This document shows positions 27,247 through 38,957 of a stretch of DNA of 64,000 nucleotides, piece after piece (position 1 is the first letter of the stretch; every line of letters begins with the position of its first letter). Source of the stretch: Macrostomum lignano (Eukaryota); NCBI GenBank assembly GCA_002269645.1, contig NIVC01002661.1, positions 87,631 through 151,630 on the forward strand, read 5' to 3'. The position numbers were made by a program, and so were the translations under genes. Under the pieces are notes generated by a model that was given only the letters and a program-made list of their open reading frames with translations, did not search any database and had not been told where the DNA came from.

Positions 27247-30200
27247 ATGGAAGCGCATTCTTCAACGGAGTCTGCAACGGCTGCTCGGCAGCAGCAAAAG
27301 CAGGTGAGCAGGAAGTGCGACTGCCTTTTCGAAACAAACGAGTTACTTTACTAACTGACTTAGTGAATCGGTGAACGGTAAAAATTAATATAAGCGACAA
27401 CAGGCATTTACTCTCTTATATTTACAGGTTTATAATGATATTTCAAAGTAAAGAAACAAAGCACCAATCTTCTATGACACAAAGACTTCTCAGAACTTTT
27501 CACTTTGGTTCGTTTCCTTACCGTGAAAAAAACGAAATTACGGGTTTCGAACTCCAGAAAAGCTACCTGGACGAGCTACCGTACTACTCAAACTACCAAC
27601 TGGCCGATGACGAGGTGCCCCTGGCCAAGTACCTGCTGCCCGCCGACTCTGCTGAAGTGCAGCGAGGCGTCGAGTCCGGCCGCTTCCCGACGCTGGCCGG
27701 CTTGGCGCGGCTGCAGCGGCAGCGAGGCCAGCCGCCCAATCCGTTGGGCGACGCAGCGAACGAGTCGCCGCCGGCTCCGTTTCCACCGCGACGCACCAAA
27801 ACGGAGCTGCTCGAATCGAAGGACTTTACAGAGACGGACAAGTTCGCCGAGTCGGTGACGCCGTTGCCAAGCGACGACTGGGAGCAGCTGGCGGAGCGGC
27901 TGTTCGAGCAGAGCCGCAGCAACCTGGAGAAGGTGAGGGTCGCGTTCTGCTTCGCCTGCGCGCACCGGCAGCTGGCAGAGGTTGCAGAAGAAACTCCGGC
28001 ATACAAAGCTATCCGGGAAAATGAGGCGACGGATGTATTTGAGAAGCTGCTTGGGTAAGTTCCACGTTCTGGTCGATGTTTTTGTTTTGTGATCGATTGG
28101 ACGGAGTCTTTACGTCGAAGCTCTTGGTGTGAAGATTTTAGTAGTGGAAAATTTCTGATCGAACAGTTCAAGTTCAAATAAAATCGGTTGAGCCGTTTTT
28201 GCTAAAATCGATCGCACACACACACACACACACACACAGACAGACCATTTTTAGTATATGGAAGAGCCAAAAATGTAGGACTGTGTAAGTCCAAGTTACG
28301 AGCGTGGTCGACAAAGAGAAGAAAGAGAACGGAATGTTTAGCAGTCAATGATGTTTATTAAAAGAATATTTATTAAGACACGCGGGTGTAAACGTCTTCC
28401 TGATAATAAAAACAATCGTCGTTGTCTTTTGCATTGACTTTAGCATTTCGATTCGTTTCCAAAGATTCAAAACTAAATTTTTCAGCTGTGGAAAAGTGCC
28501 AAACAAGAAGCTTTACGGCTACAAAAAGGGTGCGAACTCCGACTCTGGCGTAAAGGCCGAACTCGGTGGCTGTTGGTTCGCGTGCTACGTTGAGGGCGAA
28601 TGGCGATTCGTGGACCCGCACTGGGGTGCCACGGCTGTGATGAATCACGATTCCGGCAGATATGGCTCCATTGACGATAAGGGCCGAGTCAGAAGTGCCA
28701 GAGAACAGAAGGGACAGAGCGTATTTCACCGTAATGAGTTCTACTTCCTGACTGATCCAGAAAGGCTGATCACAAACCATTGTCCACAGCAGCATGATCT
28801 GGAGTGGCAGCTGCTAGCGAGGCCACTCAGTATTGAAGAATTTGAACTGCTTCCTCACTACTTTGGAGGTTTTGCCAAAGAAATGGAATTCTACGATCTG
28901 GAGCCGATAAACTATCCTTATAACGTCATCGTAGCAAAGCCGGGACCCGTTGAGATTCTGTTGAAGGAGCGAGCGGGAGAACAGTATGAGTACAGCGGGC
29001 AGCTAAAGATACACACGAAGCACATCAGCAGTGAATCGAAGACAGCCATTTTGAGTGCCTATCAGGAGAAGGCTTGCGTCAGCAAGGGGATCCGTGTGTC
29101 AAAGGATACCGTCAAGTTCATCTTTGAGCCACCATATCCAGGACAGTACGCTCTGGAAATCATGCTCTGGCGTCAGGTCAGTGAGGTTACGCTAACTGGA
29201 TGTAAGTTCCTTACGTATACGATCCACTGCCCTCAAAACTGGGAATCGGTCGATGTCATCCCGGAGGGCCAGGAAGATCTTCGCGAGTTCGGACCAGGAC
29301 AAGACCTTCAACGAGCTGGACTAACCTCAGAAGCGCCCGGAGAGCTGAAAGCTGGCGACGGAGAGGCATCGCTGGAAATTGCACCGCTTGAAGAGGACGA
29401 AAAATCTAGCAGGTGAGTATAAGAACTACATTTTATGATGTGAAGTATGATCATCTCATTAAAAAAGCAAGCAACCAGGGAATGTCTAACATACAATTCG
29501 CAGCCATCAAAACTTTCAAAAGCAAGCAGATAATTTTTTTAAAATTCTAAAAATCTAAACAATTATTTTCCGACAATATTTACATCGCAGAAATCTGACG
29601 TGCCAAGCGCTGGGTCCGGACAACAAGCCCCTGCCGACGGGCAGCGTGCTCGTGTGGCGCGACGATCGCCGCAACGCCTTCCTGTTCCTGGCGCCCGATT
29701 CCGGCTACTACGCTCTGGTGCTCTACGAGAACGGTCGGCCCGTCGGCCAGTTCCTGGTGGACGCCAGCAGCGAAGCCAAGGACGGCGCGAGCTTCCCGCT
29801 GCCCGACTGGAGCCGCGTCGGAGGTCTCGGACTCGCCGCTGTAAACAAGGCGGACGGCGGAGGCTGTCGGCTTGTGCCACTGAGCCACCAAACGCCGTAC
29901 GTTCGAACCGAAGAGTCTGAGCTGGCGTTTCGCTTTGGCGTTGATGGCGGAGGCGAAGAAGGCGACGCAGGCATCGAACTGAAGTCGGAGATGTTGGGTG
30001 TCGTAGCGGACGGAGGGACCGAGTCGGTCGGCGACTACTCGTTAGTGAGCGGTGTCGATGGCGGCGGCTTCGAGGTGCGGTGCCGGTTCCCGAGAGCGGG
30101 CCACTACCTGCTACGCCTGTCGTTCCGAGAGAGCGGCGGAGACTGGCGCCCGTACTTCACGTACTTCGTGCGAGCGGTGGGCCAGCTGGACGGATCGGCA

Positions 30201-33200
30201 TCCGCGTTTCCGAGCCTCGGAGCGGACTGGCCGGTCGGCGGAGCGCTCATCGAGCCGCTGGACCGCACGCTGTCCGTTGGACAGCCGACGCCGATCCGCC
30301 TCCGTCTCGTGGATTCCGCAGCTATCGGCGCTGTGGAGGTGGTCGACGAGCGAAGCGGCAGTCGGGAGCCGTTGAGTCGCGACCCGCAGGACCCGCGGTT
30401 GTGGTTCGGGTCCGTGACGGCATCTGCGGGTAACACCGATGGAGCGAACGCTGCCGGGAGCAGCGGCGTGACGGTGGTGGCCCGTGTCAACGACGGCGTT
30501 GAGACACAGCTTGTAAAGTTCGACGTCGAGTCGGGAAGCAGCTCAGGAGCTGAATGAGCGACGTCGGGTGGCCGAGGAGAATCGGCAGAGGAAGCGGGAG
30601 AACCGGCGCCGCCACGAAGAGGGACTGGAGCCGCTGCCTACCCAGGTGCATTTTTTAATCCTACTTGCACATGTATCTCAGATTTTTGCGATTGATTAGT
30701 AAATAATGGCACCGATTGATCGCTTATTTCACAAGTTACGCTTTTACTTTTATCTTTATGTAGGATTCGCTTAAGAAATTGGCTGAAGCAGAAGCTGCTG
30801 CAAAAGCGGCGGCAGAGTCAGAAGCCGCAGCCAAAGCCAATGCGGCGTCCAACAAGACGTTTGAAAGGGTGGAAGTGGCTTCAAAAAAATCGACTGACTC
30901 GAAGGCAGCTTCCAATGAAGCTGTGAAAGCGGCATCCAGGGCGGAATCTGCCGGTCAGGCGGTGACAACGGCGGGTGCCGCAGTAGAGGCGGCTGTTCAG
31001 TCAGCGGCCGAAGCTGCCAGGACTGCGGCTGAAGCTGCGAAGTCAGGTGAAGTTAAAAAAGCTGCCAAGGCGGCGAAATTAGCGGAGACAGCCGCTCTTG
31101 AAGCGAAATCTGCCGCTCAGGCTGCAGTGAGTGCCGCGACCGATGCGCGTACGGCCGCCAAAGCGTCTGCCGAGGCGGAACAAAAAGCCAAGACGGCGGC
31201 CGAGGCGGCGAGAAACGAAGCGGACCAAGCAGCAGTGGAAGCTGAGAAATCAGGAAATGACCAAACCAAAAAGGCCGCTCAAAATGCCGCAACACTGGTC
31301 GATGAGGCGGAAGCTAAATTGAAGACGTCAAAGGAGGCTTCAGAAAAGGCTGCCGCGGAAGCTGACGCCGCAAGTAAGAAGGCCGCGAAGGCCTCCTCAG
31401 ATTTTGAAGCTGCAGCCGAATCGTCAGGTGAAGCGACAGCAGCAGCTAAAGCAGCAGCCGCGGCAAAGGCAGCCGAGGCAGAAGCTGCGGCGGCAGTGAA
31501 GGAAGAGGTCAAACTTCTCATTTCTCAGCTAGACGAGGCGCGGCTTCGTAGAAAAGTTGTTCAGTTGCTCAAGGCGATCAAGGCTTTGGAACCGCACGAA
31601 TTTGATATGCACGGTTTAGACAAGAAGAAACTGCAAGAGGCCCGGCTGACACTGACTGCCCTGCAGAATAGGAAGGGTGCGTTGAAACAGTGAGGTTTTA
31701 GATTCCGATTTTGCAATTATCATTTGTAGATTGACCGGATGAAGCGAATATAGTTACGTGGCTTACATCCGTTTTACATTCAGTTGAAATTGTTTTCAAA
31801 GCAGTTGAAAGCAAACCAGACAAGCCGTATTAAGACCTGAACCAGATTGGAACTTGATGATTCAGAATTTAGTTTGCCTGATGCATCATTTTTGAGCACT
31901 TGTAGGTGTATGTGCGTGACAAATTAGTGTTCCCACAATCCCTTCAAAGCACCCAACCGGAAAATTTACCGGCCCACCCCCATCCCCGCAGACCTCCGTG
32001 ACGCCATGGCGGACGCTCAGCGAGCCCGCAGCACCGACCGCCTGCGCGCGTTGGTGCACCGTCTGGAGGCTGAAGCTGAGTCGCAACCGCTGAAGGAGGC
32101 GCAGCTGGCGCTGTTCCGCGAGGACCTGCGGCTCGCCAGAGAGGCCATCCAGCGAGATGACAAGCTGAAGCGAATTCCCTCACACCGGCTGGAGATGAGT
32201 CCGAAGAGTCTGTCCGAGCTGAGGCAGTACAGCCGGCCAGTGGAAACGGTGCACCGGACGGTGCAGGCGCTGCTGCTGCTGTTCGGGCACTACGAAAAGC
32301 GCACACGGGTAGGCGATCCGCGCTTCATCATTTGCCGCTTCTATGGATTCATTCTGAGTCTGGGACAAACCATTGAAATGCTTGGCTGTGAATAAGTATT
32401 TTATTTAATAAATCATATTATATTCTCGAAACGTAGTTAATAAGGTGCTTAGCAATTTCTTACCAATGTCCCTTTTGGCGCGAATTTGAATTGGATTTAG
32501 TTAAATGAACATTTTTTGAAGATAACCAAATATGGCTTCTAAAGAAATTAACAATTACGCTACAACAACCATGAAAGCATGAAAGAGTGGGTTATAATAT
32601 TATAATTTGTTGTTTTGCCACCTGACAGAAATGGCCTCGCTGCCAGCCGCTGTTGAAGAGTATCAACAAGTCTGTCGCGGAGTTTCAGCCGCGCTTCGTT
32701 GATCCGCGCATCGCTGCCCGAAGCTGGCAGATTCTTGACGGCATCGACAAGCGCGAGATCGCCCTGCATAGCTCTGCCGCCTTCGCCTTCTATGAATGGG
32801 TTCGTTTAAATTCGAATAACTCGTTTTTGAAAACTCGAGCTGACGCAAGCGTGATTCGTTAGCATATAAAAATAGGCTTGTGCTTTTCTCACTAAAAGAT
32901 TCTCGCGGTTGACCCTAAAACCCTAGTAACTGCTTCCTAAAAGCTTTGAGACACCCTTCAAATCTCTGCTCTGCTATCTTTTGCCGCCTAAAGAGACTTG
33001 AGCCTTGACCACACACGTAGACTTGACACAAGCCGTAGACTTGACACAAGCCGTAGACTTGACACAAGCCGTAGACTTGACACAAGCCGTAGACTTGACA
33101 CCAGCCGTAGACTTGACACAAGCCGTAGACTTGACACAAGCCGTAGACTTGACACAAGCCGTAGACTTGACACAAGCCGTAGACTTGACACAAGCCGTAG

Positions 33201-34172
33201 ACTTGACACAAGCCGTAGACTTGACATAAGCCGTAGACTTGACACAAGCCGTAGACTTGACACAAGCCGTAGACTTGACACCAGCCGTAGACTTGACACA
33301 AGCCGTAGACTTGACACAAGCCGTAGACTTGACACAAGCCGTAGACTTGACACAAGCCGTAGACTTGACATAAGCCGTAGACTTGACACAAGCCGTAGAC
33401 TTGACACAAGCCGTAGACTTGACACAAGCCGTAGACTTGACACAAGCCGTAGACTTGACACAAGCCGTAGACTTGACATAAGCCGTAGACTTGACACAAG
33501 CCGTAGACTTGACACAAGCCGTAGACTTGACACCAGCCGTAGACTTGACACAAGCCGTAGACTTGACACAAGCCGTAGACTCACTATCCGGAAGTTATTA
33601 GTGAAAATCGTGAATTCGACTCAGTTGTTAATTGAGTAAGTTGTTTACAGGTTTTGTTTCATTAGGCCGATAAAGCAGAAATAGTGGCTCTGAGATTGTT
33701 ACATATTGGCCCATTTTAAAGTAAAATTTTGCTCAAATTTGATGAACAGATGCAGAGATGAGAAGGGTGTCATAAAGCGTATTGACTGCGCCAAGCTAAA
33801 AAACCTAGAAACCCTGGGGCACAAGAAACATACCTCGATTGGATGTCTCAGTGTGTCTAGTCGAACTGTTCCTACAAGTTATCGATAGCAGTCGATACTT
33901 CGGGCTCCATTCCGTCGCTTACAGTAAGTTGGCATCCCATTTGGCTTCCGGTTCCGACATCTCAGAATGAACCCCCTGTCTCAAAGTGGTTCAATTTCAT
34001 TTTTCCAATGTCCTTGCAGGCGTTCAAAACAGCGAACTCGATCAAGGAAGCGTCAACACCGGAGACCTTCGTCCCGGCCAGCATGAAGCAACAGATATAT
34101 ATCATTGGCATCACCGATGAAGAGGACGCGATTTGGGACTTCGAAGACGAAGGCATCCGCAGGAGGTCGTAA
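27247..34172 (+). pseudogene. KY/hillarin-like transglutaminase-fold + Ala-rich rod + dynein-MTBD-like gene, copy A (disrupted)
   Basis: Exons 27247-27303, 27428-28054, 28486-29412, 29591-30645, 30764-31676, 31992-32308, 32629-32799, 34020-34172. Relative to copy B it has an 8-nt deletion near 27449 (stop 27449-27451) and a 32-nt deletion near 30540 (stop 30555-30557). Confidence 0.7.
33016..33582. repeat. 18-bp minisatellite (GTAGACTTGACACAAGCC) in the last intron of copy A
   Basis: About 31 near-perfect units. Absent from the paralogous intron of copy B. Confidence 0.97.
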
Positions 34173-34599
34173 TGGTGCATAAGTAGACTTCGGTCTATCT
34201 AAAGACAGAGAACAACTGTGCTTTTCCTAGATGTATCACAATATGGTTATCCATGGACGTAACTCACATTCCACAATCGTGGCTTCCTAAGATCATCTTA
34301 ATGACCAGCTTAATGATTGTTAAGCTCATTGTGGAGGGAAGAAGGGTTATAACTTTTTCAATGTTTGTGGATTAAAGTCTTATCAGAAATTATTTATACT
34401 CGTATTTACACGTATTTTTTACGTTCTTCATTTTGCGCAATTACCGGTACAAGCTACGAGTACCGGTATATGCAGTACAAAATGCACTTTTAATATCTTT
34501 TTTTCCACACTACTGAAGAGAAGTACCAGCTAAGTATTACCTGACAGGATTATACCATTTTATAATCCTGTTCAGATCGCGACTATCTTTTACAAGCGT

Positions 34600-35150
34600 A
34601 TTAACAGTAGGAATACCAAGCCATTTTTCCGCCCGTCGAACTACCAAGAGGGGGGAATCCCCCCTGACAATTTTTTTGCTGCGCCGGAACGGAGCAACGC
34701 AGGCAAACGAAATTCAAGAAAACGGGCTAACTTTTTGTTGCGCACCTTCTCAAACAAGAATCAAGTCGCCAGCCCTCCGGACCGTCGAGATATTTGACGA
34801 TTCTGCCAGAAGGTCGGATTTTTCCCATAGGCACAAGTGTATTCAGTACACCCCTGTGCGCCAATTAGCACTGTGCCTCAGTGCAGCCTTGCCAAGTCTC
34901 CAAATTTCATCAGCACGTCGACCACATGTACCTGCATCAGTTCTGACTTCGTTGGTCACTGGCCTTCACCCAGGTGGAGCTTCTGGACCCTCAACAGGTG
35001 GCATTAGGTGACTATGGACACCCTGATGCGGATTTCTCTAGTTTCGCCGATCAAGCCTCGACAGTGGGCAAGAATCAACCGCCAGACATTCTCAGCTAGT
35101 CTCTCAAGCATTCCGTCATCATCCCGACGCCGTCGGCTCCTTCAACAGAT
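34600..35150 (+). mobile_element. Dispersed repeat (probable non-autonomous DNA transposon arm); further copies at 49610-49779 + 50827-50950 and inverted at 51020-51430
   Basis: Shared sequence AAGCCATTTTTCCGCCCGTCGA...CAAATTTCATCAGC...GGACACCCTG...CCTTCAACAGAT in three places, in both orientations. No convincing ORF. Confidence 0.65.
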
Positions 35151-35417
35151 TTGATGTTTTGATGTACCCTTTCCCATTGAGGCGCCATTTCTTCATTCTC
35201 TTCTTTTGGATTTAACAAAATCAGTTTGTTTTTTACCCAGATAGTTCTTTACAGTTCTTGCTTTAATATGTGACAAAAGCCAACAAGTTGTCTTAAAATT
35301 TTTGTGACATTACACTCCTAATATTTTATAATCGGTGGCGAAAATTGTCAGATTTTAACAAATATTGTATTATGTTTGATTGTCCCTATGGTTCTCTTTA
35401 CTTTAAAATTACTAAAT

Positions 35418-36112
35418 TTCGCTTTCCGATTGACCATAAGTTGCTGAACGCCAAGCTCAGCAATGTGTGGGTGGGCGACCGCGCCGGCAAGCTGGAGAAC
35501 CTGGTTTGCCAAGCCCATGAGGACACCAATCGGCTCTACCCGTTCAACATCCAGTGGAGCAGCGAGGGCGCCTATTTCGACGGCACAACGGCCTATGCGG
35601 TGCTGAACAAGTCGAGCCTGAACTTTGCCAGCGGACTCACCTGGCTGATGAAGCTAAATAGGCAGCCTCAGGTTCAGCCAATCCTGGAATTCGCCGACTG
35701 CAACAATATAAACGGCGTCACCGGTTACGGCATTCACCTGTGGGAGAATGGCGCCCCTGGTCAGCTGTACATCAGGGCCAACCGAATCACGGGAAGCCTG
35801 CTGCCGTTTGTCTACTCAGCAACTGATGCGCTGCCGCTGGGCCAAAACGACTGGCTGAACATCGCCTTCACGGCCAATGGGAGCAACTTTGATGTCTTCG
35901 TGGCTGATTCCTTCCTGCCAAGGCACACCCTCACTCTTTATAGCGACAACAACCCCAATCCCATAACCAACTCGAACGCCTGCCTATACCTCGGAATGCG
36001 AGTGGAGCCAGCCAACAATCCCAGGTTTAAAGGCACCATGAAGGCGCTGGCCTTTGCTGGGACGAGCATGTCGGAGGCGGAGATACGCGAGTTCTTCTCC
36101 ATCTTTGAATGA
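35418..36112 (+). pseudogene. 5'-truncated duplicate of the secreted LamG-like gene at 22463-23479
   Basis: Near-identical to 22783-23479 plus 3' flank from TTCGCTTTCCGATTGACC onward. Lacks ATG, signal peptide and PAN-like part. Upstream sequence is unrelated and AT-rich. Confidence 0.7.
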
Positions 36113-37354
36113 AGAGCAAAAATTGCCAAGAGTTTGTGCCTGGCCACAGTAATGAGCATCTGATTGCTGCACACTCGATATCTGCGGTTTGAACACTTGA
36201 AGAGGCTTATAACTTTCCGAACACATTTCCAATGTACGGACTGAAAGTACGATTAAATAAAGATAAGATGCCGCATCAACTTTCTTAGGCTTAAGCAGTC
36301 TTAAATTTAATTTTACATGCCGGCCTTGAGTCGTAAGAAGAGTGATGGCACGTTAGAAGACCGCGTGATGCGTCGTAAAAAATGATAGTAATAAAAAACT
36401 AAATTAAATAATTAATATAAGTTAATAGCTAGTGGTTATTGGTCCAGTAGTTCTCCCATTAGCCTAATTCAATGGTAGATTGTATTGTATGCAACTGAGC
36501 TGAATAATGGCCAAAACAGGAGTGCGCGTAGGAGACTCCATTATCTCCTCAAGAATCCAGTCTGGGACCCAGTTTACAGTGAGGTTGGCATAGCAGCTAA
36601 AACGAACAGCGAAATGATATGAAACTGTCCCTATTACTGCTTAAAATGGTACTCAACCGAAAAGTAAATCTCGAAATCTCGAATGAAGCTTTGTGTTGAA
36701 CTCTGACTCGACTGACTTCGATCATTTACGGACTGTGGATTCTGGGTTCAGTGCTCGGGGTGGGTTATTTGTCTGGTGAGGGTCTGCGCACTTTGTGTAC
36801 ATCGTTGCTCATTCTCCCCCTCGTGCAAGCCTTATCTCTGTCACCCACCCCAATGCAATGCTGCGATGCTTGTTAAATTTATGTTCTTACCTAAGACTGA
36901 CTTTAATAACCTTGTGTCAATGCTGAGAGTTAAAGCTATTGATTTTCCCTTCGAATTTTAAATACCTTACTGCAGAGGATGAAGTATTTTACCTAATGAC
37001 TCAAGAAGATAGGGATACGAGCGTACAATGTAAATTCTAGAAAAAATCATCAAAGACATGACGCAAGCCAGAATGCAGCCTAATTGTGTATTAAGGTCTC
37101 GTTTGCAATTCTGAGGTACAGTACAAGGATGAACCAAACGTTCGTACGTTCTGGCACAAGCCGACATTGCGTGCTGACCTTCCCCAGCTGGTGCAGGAGG
37201 TGCAAAACGCTTCGTTGCGACATTCACAGCTGGCCAGATAGAGTGCAAGTGCTGCATCTTGGACCCTCTGTTGATGGTCGGCCAGCCCGTGGCCGAACTT
37301 CAAGACCCGTGTCGCCGCTTAAAAACCGATGGTTGCTGCTTCCGTGCTGCTGTG

Positions 37355-37499
37355 TTCTGAAGGGCGTCCTGACCCTCAGTTTCTTCTGAAGGGCGTCCTG
37401 ACCCTCAGTTTCTTCTGAAGGGCGTCCTGACCATCAGTTTCTTCTGAAGGGCGTCCTGACCCTCAGTTTCTTCTGAAGGGCGTCCTGACCCTCAGTTTC
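37355..37499. repeat. 29-bp tandem repeat (TTCTGAAGGGCGTCCTGACCCTCAGTTTC) x5
   Basis: Units start at 37355, 37384, 37413, 37442, 37471. Confidence 0.9.
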
Positions 37500-38957
37500 T
37501 GCAATTAGCTGGTGTTGGTCCTGTGGCGCAGGAAAACTAGATAAAAATTCATCTACAACGGCACCCTACCCATTGAAGCTTCCATTGGACTCAAGATCGG
37601 TGCAAGAGTGTACTTTGTCTAGCCGTTACGTTGGAAGTCTTACAAACTAGATCGCCGTTAGTTGTATTCAAATCTCTTCTAAATATTACTCTGGAAAAAC
37701 CTCAATGTTCAAATTCGTGTCGTTTTTCGCACTGAAAAGATTGCTGAATTTATCAGTGGTAACAAAACTCTGCCATGCCAAATGAACATTTGCTCACTTG
37801 CAAACGCTGTGAACCGCATGAAAATGATTGTTTGAGAATTCTGTAGGAACGATGGCAAAATTAGTTTATTAGTACGTCATGTTCATCATGGCCTAACAAC
37901 ATACTCTTAACAACCGTCTCGCCACGAGGAGTGCTAGTCGCCAACTTTACATTTTTAACCCGCTTAAATAACCGGTTGGAACTCATTTTTTGTATACTTC
38001 TTCCTTATCCACCCAAACTCTTGTACCCACCTCTGTGCTCTTGTACTTTTTTCAATTGCTAACAATAAATTGGTCTCAAGCCAATATATATATTCCTTTG
38101 TTTCTTTCAAACAAGATGCTCATTGTTGGACGAAATGCACTGGCCAATGAAATGTAATAAAATAATCGAATTTAACACAATTGAACTAATTAAATATGCT
38201 GATTATTTCTTTCGTGTATCTACTTTTCATTAAGCGAGCTTTAATTTAGTGGGCTTTTCCACAACTTTAGATTTCTTAGGCGAAGCTCCGGTAAAATGTC
38301 AGACACGCCGGGGCTGAGGCCTCAGTCGCTTGAATTCTCCGCCCTCTGCCGCCGAGTTGCCGCGAGTTGCCGCGTGGCAGGGGTTCAAGCAACCAAAACG
38401 TGAAGCTCATTTTCATTCCTATCACAGGCGAAAACGTTAAAATACGCAGGCGAAAGCAGATTAGTTGGGCTTGGCCGTTTTCTTTTGGTTGAGTTAGAGG
38501 TCAGTCTTTGAGTCCTTTCGCCGCTCTTTCTCGCGCACTTGGCTTCTCACCCACCGGCCCGGCCCGCTAGTTAAACTTCTCAGACTGACTAACCTCGTCT
38601 GTCAACCGCATCGCCTTCGCTCGCCGCCTCACCTTTGCCTTCTACTCGTATCTGCTGGCTGTTACAGTTTTGACACGTTTGCATGGTTGCTTTCCACTGT
38701 TGGCCTCCATTATTCTATTCATTCGCCAAAGGTAGAAGGCTGTGAAAACTGAGCTCTGAAAGCAGTGTTCGTTGATTCAGCTGGCAAATAACTGTCAACT
38801 GTGTAGAGATAAGATATTCTAATCTATGCATTAGACTGAAAAAGCGACAGAGTAAGGGTGATAAATATCTAAATAGCGAGTTGAATTAATTTATTTTTGC
38901 AAGTTAACTGGCCCTCGCCATTTTGAAGACAACTGACAGCCTTTTTCATCTTCTGCG

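Noticed and set aside
30779-31693. TolA / antifreeze-protein-like call for the Ala-rich ORFs (also 43567-44484, 53895-54812)
   Set aside because: Compositional similarity only. They are internal exons with splice sites in phase with the flanking exons.
32915-33639. CQVYGL / SSLRLV / DTSRRL repeat ORFs of ~200 aa
   Set aside because: 18-bp intronic minisatellite open in several frames. Absent in the paralogous copy B.
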